Shown here: in pieces, positions 41,901 to 45,376 of the stretch
Numbering within the stretch: position 1 is the stretch's first letter
Layout of the letters: each line of letters begins with the position of its first letter
Assembly (NCBI GenBank): GCA_944372355.1
Contig: CALVYS010000005.1
Location: forward strand, 1-45,376
Source: an uncultured Clostridia bacterium
GTDB taxonomy: Bacteria; Bacillota; Clostridia; Christensenellales; UBA1242
Length of the DNA stretch: 45,376 nucleotides
Direction of reading: 5' to 3'
Position numbers and translations under genes: made by a program
Notes under the pieces: model-generated
Database searches by the model: none
Told to the model about the DNA's origin: nothing
Seen by the model: the letters and a program-made list of their open reading frames with translations, nothing else

Positions 41901-44900
41901 GTGGTTCAGGCGGGCATTTCAACAGCCACGACAACATATAGTGGAACAATTGGTGAAAAGTCCATTGCAGCTTTGCAAGCCGCAGGTTACACTTTCTCTA
42001 TAACACCAACGACTGATCCTGAGAACTCAAATGTATCTGTTTCGTATTATTATCAAGATGAGAAGTTGTTTATCTCTTTCACAACACAAGATACGGGTGA
42101 TCCAGGTGTAACAATCACTGGTTATACAATTTTAGCAAATAAAGCTGATGAAACAGAAAGTTTCTCACTTTCAAGCAGTAATATAAAATTTGAAAAAGGT
42201 ACTATTACGATATATACAGATTTTGATGCAGATGTTCTGGCAAATTTACAAAATGGAAAAACATACAATGTTTCAGCTGGCAATGCAACATATAAATTCG
42301 TTTGGAATCAAGAAGAGGAAATATTAACATTCTCTGGTACCACTAAAAGTGATTACAATAATATTCTCGGAAGAGGTGTTGTGACCTTAACATTTCTTGA
42401 TGAGAACTCAATTCTTGAACAAACTGTTTCAACAGAGATAGGCCTGACTCCAACCAACATTGAGACATCTTATGATGGAAGCACAACAGAAACAATAAGG
42501 CATGTGAGAAGTATAGACTTTGTGATGTTTCGGGATGTTGTGGGAGATGAGACCGAAACGTTCACATTGTCAGGAAGCAATGATGTTCAGTTCTCAAATG
42601 ATGAAATAACGATTTATACAAACTTTAACTCAAACATAACTTCATCACTCATTAATGGCTGGGAGTATAATGTCAAGATAGATAATACAACTTACGAATT
42701 TATGTGGAATTCAACAAGCCAAACCTTAACAATGGCTGGTGATGAGGAGACATTTAACAAGATTAGAAATTCTAGCGCGACATTATATTATCTCAAATAT
42801 GTTGACAACGAAAACGAATTGATCATTTATGACGATGATTCGTTAACACTGACTCAAACTGTCACAGTCCAAGGCAGGGCAACAAGATTTTCTTTTGGCA
42901 ATTATGTTTATGAAATACCTGAATCAGGAGAAACTGACAATACTTTGGATTTGACTCCAAACGGTGGAACGAATGTGATGAACTTTAAAACGCGCTATGA
43001 TGGACAAATGACCATCTTAACAGTTGAAGCCGAAAGCTCTGATGGTATGTTGTCTGTTGCATTTTTAGGCGGGCGATATAAGTTCGAATTTGCAGATCCA
43101 ACTGGCGACAGCACGATGTTTGCAGAAACAAAAACAGTTGAAGACGTGGAGACATTCTCGGGAGATTTTGTAACGGCAACTTACACAAGATCAAATGAAG
43201 AAGGAGCATTTTCAAGCGTCGGCAAAACTTTGTATTTGGGAGAAGATACACTTGCGGGTCAGCAAGCCATAGTTGAGGTGTATGACTACACACAAACCTA
43301 TGATCTGTCACAAATCGAAATCGCCGTTCAAGAAGGCGAAGCAAGAGAATATCTTGCGGTATACAACACAACCGAAGAAACACAGAAAGTGAACAGTGGC
43401 GATGAAATCCGAACGATAACCTTTAACAATTTAAATGGAGCAAATATTTTATTAGTTTTAAAGAAGAGAAACGTTAACCTTTCTTTGGAGGCTTCAGAAG
43501 AGTTTATACAAGAGGGCTCTCTTAGTTTGACATTAAAAACTCAAGATGTTATTTTAACTGCAGAGGATGCGAACACTATAATAGGTGCATATAACACTGA
43601 TGAAACGCAGGCTACTTTCACCATAAACTCACAAGTATACTCTGTGCTGTTCGATGAAGATGGTAATATCACAAATATTTTAAACAGCAGTGGCATAGAA
43701 TCCGGTAATATAAATGATTATTACATAACAATCGATGGAATGAATTTTATGTTTATCAGTAATGATGATTCTGCTCCAATGCTGGTTGAATGTTTGGTCG
43801 GTTCTAATGGAACTGTTAATATTGAAAGCTTAAATATTTCATATGAAGCTAACACAGCAGAAAATGCAGAGCAGCCTTTTGTTTTCAAAGATGGAGACTC
43901 AATTATACCTATCACTCCTGCGACAGAAGATAGAGAGGCCTATATAACCATTAATGGAACAAATTATACATTCCAGCCTATCACAACTGTTATTGAAAAT
44001 ATTACTGATTACACGCAGGGTACTGATGAAGATGGAAATGTTGTTTTGGACATCATATATTCAATCGATAGTCTTAACGCTCCAAATGCCTATATTGAAG
44101 CAACCTTTGATCAATTATCCACCGGAACTCAAAATATAAGTATCGCTTACAATACCTACACTTTGGATTTTTCTACAACTGGATTAAAAAACATAACGTT
44201 TGTAGATGCAGAAAGTGAAGAGACCTCGAGTACAAATACAACATTTGGCCCAATATTTAATGGTGATTTAAGTGTGATAGGAAGTTATACTGCGACCGCT
44301 ACATATGATGATTACCAAGAGAAGAACATACCATTTGATAATCCTACTGATGATTCAGATGATGATCCTGAAACGGAAACTGTTGACCCTGCACCTATCG
44401 TGGTAACAGCTGATATCGATTTGGGAAATATTAATAGTGCTTTGCCTACAAAAGTTGCAATGATCACAAGCACAAATTCAAACATTGTAACTTTCCGCAC
44501 TCAAACAGCTACAGGTTTATTGGATCAGCAATCGTCAGGTAATTCAGAACAACCGGAATATAGCCCACTTATGATGAAAAATATCGCTTTTGCCGGTTCA
44601 GTGAAGATGGAGAATGGGAACAACTCATATGGTTTGATCGCCGCCAGTCTAAACAGCACCACGGCAATTAATGTTTCAACTTATGGGACGATTTACAATC
44701 TTGGTGCTGCAGGTGCGACAGGTGGAGGCGTGGCAGGGAGCTTTACTGGAATATTAAACAACGTGAAGTCTTTCACTTCCTTCTCACACGACACAAGCAA
44801 CACCTCTCGTGAAGACAGCGATTTCACCGGCTCGATGGCGGGAATTGCTTGGAAGATTACTCCTGAAAGCACTGAAAGCACTGAAAAGATTAGAGTTTTC

Positions 44901-45376
44901 AACTACGGCACGATAATTGGAACCAATGGCTCGCACGGCACTTCTTATGGAACAGGAGACACAAATAATACTAGAAATGGTGGCAACGGGCAAAGTGTTT
45001 ACGCGATTGCTTCTACCATTACTAACTCTGCGTCAAATGTGACTTTTACGGAGAGTTACAACTATGGCATAGTCAAAGCAGGCGACGCCGGCAGCGGCGC
45101 AAGAGGCCGCGACGGCGTTGGCGGCTCAGACACAAGCAACAATTCTTCCCCAGGCAATGGAACAAGTGGTGGCCTCGCAGGCACAGCCGGCAGTCCTGGA
45201 ATAGCTTACTTGCACGGGCAACTTAACGAGGAAGAAGATACAGAAATAGAATTGTTTGATGGAAGGCAAGAAAATCAAACACAAGAAAATCAAACAGCAA
45301 ACTCTGATAAAGTTTTTGGTAATATAGACCCAGTTGCAGGAAGCCGAGGCAACGACGGCTATGGTGGCTTGAATTT
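26952..45376 (+). CDS. Giant surface lipoprotein (at least 6,141 aa, runs off the 3' end) with Ig-like and GLUG/ZmpC-like modules
   Basis: TTG start after GGGAGG gives MKKYLLAVLSVFLLVGGVFISA-C (lipobox, Cys23). The same frame reads open wherever I translated it (27.2, 30.1, 31.2, 33.5, 35, 40.4, 42.2, 42.6 and 45 kb, and the last codons NDGYGGLN). The track lists no + ORF in this frame, as expected if there is no stop. Confidence 0.92.
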   Translation, partial: MKKYLLAVLSVFLLVGGVFISACSNSAPQAVINVSSSDFVSEDYIEIDLNSDRPYAQVTASVENVSSGRVSANNNSESILQASAAYNSDANNTLITITGVSEGLGYVELRSEEGDGTRLITVYVYSDILGMSQKADEVGQASDQYVVRSQQGENLVNILDSERYLTFLSRENGESNRKDVTWAFSQNQQNNLTGLILEANSLVVQNGYIGDTVELVASSVYTDYSATVQLHVLSQLSEPTLQFSRSANSNFGDYNSSFETLVKNDQSKAESALYVSLSVEASEDIEVLPVVLDRFGNNVTNALTIRRINESSSGGLIQRTYVVEAASAGLDPQTLTVYFEVSYQDYNYTQNSQQFQVSLVDVVDSINITTDGQTVTNGDTFDVYNNYNNTDGSGNYGRPFVVNLGPDTVANDQATFAIRMRENPNGRFLIYVSNSNSSYYIQENFTPVLIDGITYYQSQPIANGSVVYFRASGTFGSGDETDVAFYSTQSENVALNFKLRSYFAPSANFNFSNNVTLDYHISTQTLNSVTISFTLDEVQLADIASGLYLDPTDGAGNPNTDFEVSELTIVGETGTFTVSNLETNLTGSSLTIALRHRNGFYATANFTVQAFVPLSDAVLSYQGNSTNAVAASGNAYQTSGGIESFTLNRLVMTSTNSLVLNVRTNTNATLSSPYAFAFYKTDEELDGSILDQLQESMRDNASVTFDATTGRMTVNNDVKGYVVFTFDGFDQKHNQITVQRWFYLEGFTSPTSLRPNPQSLSLIARDSISTQDASLAQGSVRVTFRTDGNAITYYDESNFSFTSSTGASVNLLEKGYNYQITKISTTDQVLSFDVVANTTNGFKTFVDTLVVEYTVFGRTYYATIEINITNATRVEQVVWENQTSDGEIYIDLYATNSTDRQFTIITSTLPLSAYNDELTYIFVPDSGTSANLVSINELGIVTPNSQTVGGTGTIFVLPSDAIRVVGGVAQIVYLSEVDGEVTSNSVPLSELSNRYDEIINGYFVSDRTAEDVTNVYYRDIILRIRLTVADGRSEETATRIYNAAQFAEIDPNMHYILMSSIELADWESFGAPLTGSLKGYDNNISISLTGQPIFNQIASTGKFENFTLSGEVNGGGFVANLNQGSIKNVTITVQSSTSSPSLLNGGYEFDGNLYAGAIVGINEGSIGAEDGEVRIEGVTVDIATGDDLSYAGMFAGSNSGAISYTYGEFYIFDQTESGDDVINTITAAYVGGFVGSLTGGSITHSYVFNYTFDGNGTFTANALNAEVYSGAFAGAYSSGEISNSFAMVQDNINSGILTNISNSYWGVSDDTGDTNSEYWIDAGEEGFNSYVRNGQPHLRFYQSEALLDLSVIAVQTTSKFLPVNNGEEGILFLHRVQNSLGMSDSASTALTQLNTISFVELFGNASIVATSLNNNIAEVVGNNVLIKETGDLTLQITGKQDYTQSREINFKVVYVVEDFQATYGGIQSTGFDLQEGQTANIIFKIKNSVYLANETQPRTLRLEEMSLTNEVGIEDDNGETINFDSEFVNYTVNGMVGTVSFGLGLTDELENRTSVILTSKINLTDFADNDAYQTAIEQAFSQSLTVRPFQGANEILTNVDSMTINPSVTSKITVVLATDSSADSISLQLLRNGSPLTFGGANNGQTSFVYSDDGTSASIFYSQAILDMSISRSAYDETTQTYTYEITFKVAEDYRSQIAANEDYTLVISSVSGTARNEGREVDITLTRQDINYIDIANYEASNVSNINGNIVYTYQTNQVSVLSPGRSSFMVVNVDPSFAYYNYMTLTYSAVDTTTNQPSSSILTMAKLNEFSGGGVNNGYVVDYSSNVSNDVINGLRVNRDDSGIYVFRLYPSPNIGSDTTFVITAAFYDANGNQIAQSVYELFVSYLPQAEILVDGQNSTILAKGGTAELSILLQQGQELDYLTATGATGVTISPKEAWQVEELSNGTVLYTAQLRASLNASVNGTNGTFEVTAQVSRYLNGETDRKTSTAYVTLVNFKPTSASLEGATYNSSNNTYMFDTYVGITNGLTFDYSFNPESYAYDASNQDEVELANSLYEAREQFIQAGYYQDDETGFSINYYNGNAIPIYQRLEMNGTRLNFTQSGDGVYTYSNTRFRLTYTEERNDDNEITSAYLTVTGLTTTASPVYLTLVDEIRLDSDGSDVLYEIETNFAISVGIYSDQDRALPIRTAEEFLSVADEGQAADYILLSDITLTNYTPISSSNFRSLDGNGYTINIESFNLEGSGTLNLALFTTISADSVIKNVRVNYYQSQPITIDVTSTGYSNINIAGLAITNNGTVTNTQVVAYKTASTSFTNSGDIGIIVNYVRGSTPVYIDANSSISSQVAGFVITNSGSITNSKVGGEEIIIIGEQVADSDRFEYTTESLSTFTISAQGTVSGFVITNSGDIASSSASQVQITNLASSNQTQTAGFVITNSGDIRASAVQGVKRQGTGNDADTYHRTGSNISANGTVSGFAIRNTTTGVISDGYSNILISDRSTQNSLTSAGFIYQNEGYIETSYAASYVEKANIRQLSFSGVDSTGHSLNTGTIELSYYYIADYDDDTASDVEGTLDSANLISREEVENQNAYYGFIFNSTSSAGDGIWTLIEGEGVEPVSLSTLTISHRYYVAGQDGEYFLPYSILTNSGNSFAPDYDTTYGEDINPILITSAQDFQEAMGASTSTSVGGQFNDTEIFGSYRFAADIDLSELNNDIGNAEVGSVDRIFSGQIDGNGFTINNISLSSSNNAVGLFAETRNALIQNLNIEINSITAGNSVVVGGLVGVAKDSRIINIQMSQRTTTSGDSEERGVHGRNVTGGIVGAAFGQSVLVGLSATDAIVQSGYYNNSTANNFNQAIYSRGDWSFNAQAVRTYAEANSSQLYAADGLGQTSFAGGLVGYLDIYTASQVLQSNYIYVTNLSNSDYSVSNFRVNNSIDVRAEIVGGLIGYTGPQTRVQDAGIYFTNQANTYANLLSYNFAAGGLVGLANGDFYQVFAQYEQTLQDEIESSTSQYYGGASTTERGLTDIFEGTASEVGAQSYQPKFVGGLFGVIGTGRVYIAYSKINAINPQNGGYAGGIAGGVYNASEFLIDDPASSSSQATIATTLLLNEVYASGDVYAEGVFNNVATHFGGLFGRFLNVGSTNVKLSMAAVNAVNEYGILGEGYYSESNPTGINQINALVGTMDAGASVFVYAVSASGQNLPDVSDIKSYGYMSSYTSGSVTVNVKSGVYKETESSGDEETGSDDGSSPNEVDADYVFRIESVSSFTSPEDGFTDTNGAFINSNAWSSDNWIHETTKLYPDINLVNTISYIYLDQDNVDSVVARMQNSSIEVRVRGKRVDENGNVSYGYVDLRDYTIENFTGRLVGAVDNSWFVNSNFGAYTNGDENSTDIFSNNYPGIILNGTLFETPLSGATFQNLNIVFDSEPEGASIGSSFISGTNLQDLTFSDINAWFVDGVSITAEESGGNAYGGLFVSSATNTSFRNILLQFSATNTDSGNIVKFTTSTNNNNDEVQYTDAAFGLLAGQLVQGSPFDALRVQNITIKHKEIDNLDADHALMRVEIGNNVANLYAGLYVGNIRNSEGGQYAGVNITARAPQSANDDYSEDTFTSALSLGGGFSVTGTAYIGGFVGQISTSNTAFTFIKDQTYQQSINIYADFAAADMNIGGLFGDATLTSFSTDITVEGTQQLFDSNIRLTKNIGTDNGNDKKGNLNAGLLAGSISSGANISLNPTSRYTISGSISAAITSSTTETDTTGISGNAHLGGLVGRNNANITVTNLDLSFEIYGTGNDESADENAFELTNDAMGKAFQANAIDAGGLVGTNAGDLIIGEEQEVGPGTGVSVNADRENLRLQATGGELNAGGLVGNMTGGSATIQALSDNASIIWALGNTSGTTNVGGIIGDVTSGVSELSISKAQSDVNFFVSAKDVNAGGIIGHLNSAATIDSTEIDSTEFSGSFKVFGGTSNSGDHKMGGVVGYVGEGSQIDIISNKTYGDVIYTYGSDFTGLGSYHFGGVVGDVDSGSVSLGANIVAFTNNNQARASGTHFADAMVGNGGFTQYTGISDITNYYSSQLVLATSDNAVDLNYNIEKGTTPVTGYSPNGENYQALAQSIITKLFGKDVYGDSGTKFNPVTDGTTAVTTEGEVKTVNTTHGIQYYTTKYPNYIQGTTESTTETTTTSPNAYAFIGDWVQQTSALETLSQHSFVSGVYTNLDIQDANNTTRYGKNSGGIVNTMTGGIIYASLSSGTLSVGGGEDKQINLGGIVGLMTGGYINECSSSLEIVYRAATGGTASGIATSLETDNTTNTPLNRIYINNTYSTGTITSYIDANLFSFTNGTAAGTGTDGRTHFYITNSYTISRVNWNDYTSDKTSHANTIYLGVTGSAQTNTFAYDPNALGDAYNKENKSTEAIDNSDDSQDTNKWIYPASFNSNDSGSVPGGGILIGTDKGWSKTNTINYGYPVRNFAQFKDFTTQTTIGTIIYQQIPNVTKFVQASDTDKNYILTNDIDFNETTYADSWTSLIFTNVAYFDGDGHTISNLTARTLIDTVQNISNLRVTDAALNAQAVVALHVTGNATNVIATGTLNGSGSNVGGLFAQAEGEIENCKNYVAILSCSTPGARVGGIVGYSTASISNSFNYSPIDANVTGGYVGGIVGYLYGSTGNEITDCGNENTVFNGYTTTTNNGDYYAAGIAGYSNVNISNCYNTSMVKAGNKGINADGSGAAYAAGIVATANNNISVSSCTNTGFIEALGSNTPNTKTAFSFGEDIYSDGSEDENENKQLTGTTKNDEYFTTTEYISYLINCNNIINVQVDPIGIDMSSQSDNLNEGSIYKNGAFGSRSGSVLVTIPTYEPGWNGSSVNISVNDITISLTSAPTAVVAETDELGAMTKFYVKTQRTINYAWSVQRYQQRYWEVVDINQNGNQQVDFSQNKYYAQRAKMGTSYNGGGASINTNQGSGEYELVSINGAKYYFVDSASAFMTVVQAGISTATTTYSGTIGEKSIAALQAAGYTFSITPTTDPENSNVSVSYYYQDEKLFISFTTQDTGDPGVTITGYTILANKADETESFSLSSSNIKFEKGTITIYTDFDADVLANLQNGKTYNVSAGNATYKFVWNQEEEILTFSGTTKSDYNNILGRGVVTLTFLDENSILEQTVSTEIGLTPTNIETSYDGSTTETIRHVRSIDFVMFRDVVGDETETFTLSGSNDVQFSNDEITIYTNFNSNITSSLINGWEYNVKIDNTTYEFMWNSTSQTLTMAGDEETFNKIRNSSATLYYLKYVDNENELIIYDDDSLTLTQTVTVQGRATRFSFGNYVYEIPESGETDNTLDLTPNGGTNVMNFKTRYDGQMTILTVEAESSDGMLSVAFLGGRYKFEFADPTGDSTMFAETKTVEDVETFSGDFVTATYTRSNEEGAFSSVGKTLYLGEDTLAGQQAIVEVYDYTQTYDLSQIEIAVQEGEAREYLAVYNTTEETQKVNSGDEIRTITFNNLNGANILLVLKKRNVNLSLEASEEFIQEGSLSLTLKTQDVILTAEDANTIIGAYNTDETQATFTINSQVYSVLFDEDGNITNILNSSGIESGNINDYYITIDGMNFMFISNDDSAPMLVECLVGSNGTVNIESLNISYEANTAENAEQPFVFKDGDSIIPITPATEDREAYITINGTNYTFQPITTVIENITDYTQGTDEDGNVVLDIIYSIDSLNAPNAYIEATFDQLSTGTQNISIAYNTYTLDFSTTGLKNITFVDAESEETSSTNTTFGPIFNGDLSVIGSYTATATYDDYQEKNIPFDNPTDDSDDDPETETVDPAPIVVTADIDLGNINSALPTKVAMITSTNSNIVTFRTQTATGLLDQQSSGNSEQPEYSPLMMKNIAFAGSVKMENGNNSYGLIAASLNSTTAINVSTYGTIYNLGAAGATGGGVAGSFTGILNNVKSFTSFSHDTSNTSREDSDFTGSMAGIAWKITPESTESTEKIRVFNYGTIIGTNGSHGTSYGTGDTNNTRNGGNGQSVYAIASTITNSASNVTFTESYNYGIVKAGDAGSGARGRDGVGGSDTSNNSSPGNGTSGGLAGTAGSPGIAYLHGQLNEEEDTEIELFDGRQENQTQENQTANSDKVFGNIDPVAGSRGNDGYGGLN
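33999..34273 (+). repeat. Three near-identical 23-bp intragenic repeats encoding GFVITNSG
   Basis: GGNTTTGTCATCACCAACTCMGG at 33999, 34155 and 34251. Confidence 0.9.
38790..38819 (+). repeat. Perfect 15-bp tandem duplication (IDSTE x2)
   Basis: ATCGACAGCACTGAA x2. Confidence 0.9.
42147..42770 (+). repeat. Two diverged ~75-aa internal protein repeats
   Basis: DETESFSLS..ITIYTDF..L.NG..YNV..NATYKFVWN..LT at 42147 versus DETETFTLS..ITIYTNF..L.NG..YNV..NTTYEFMWN..LT at 42546. Confidence 0.85.
44863..44886 (+). repeat. 9-bp tandem repeat (ESTESTE)
   Basis: CTGAAAGCA x2 plus CTGAAA. Confidence 0.8.
45267..45296 (+). repeat. Perfect 15-bp tandem duplication (QENQT x2)
   Basis: CAAGAAAATCAAACA x2. 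Confidence 0.9.

Noticed and set aside
27046-44993. Many short track ORFs suggesting a gene-poor region, decayed region or alternative genetic code
   Set aside because: All are antisense or off-frame shadows of one ORF that is open in the standard code. No recoding is needed.
1-45376. tRNA, rRNA, T-box or riboswitch, transposase, integrase, prophage
   Set aside because: I recognised no signatures by eye, and the intergenic gaps are short and explained by promoters and terminators. A covariance-model search was not possible.

Overview
Chromosomal window from a low-GC, spore-forming Firmicute (Clostridia-like; a reduced gut Christensenellales-type lineage is my inference). Bases 1-26.8 kb hold housekeeping genes (cysS, recD2, mscL, engB, pth, mfd, acpP, ttcA), sporulation genes (spoVB, DUF421/DUF4363, a Spo0A C-terminal-only protein, a spoIIQ-like M23 peptidase, spoIIID) and several orphans. 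The last 18.4 kb (26952 to the window end) is one uninterrupted + strand ORF that the ORF track omits because it has no stop in the window. It encodes a lipoprotein of over 6,100 aa with Ig-like segments, repeated GLUG/ZmpC-like beta-helical modules, an AT-rich distal region and a Gly-rich segment. A smaller relative (9303-11928) is split by a G11 tract just after its signal peptide, which looks like a phase-variation switch. Other notable points: many apparently leaderless promoters, a GlmU remnant missing both catalytic signatures, murA and spoIID absent from their usual locus, an unannotated 53-aa LysM protein, a tandem pair of orphan paralogs and a BpsA/DUF43-like SAM enzyme. I saw no rRNA, tRNA, CRISPR array or transposase. 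All family calls are from motif recognition by eye, with no database search.
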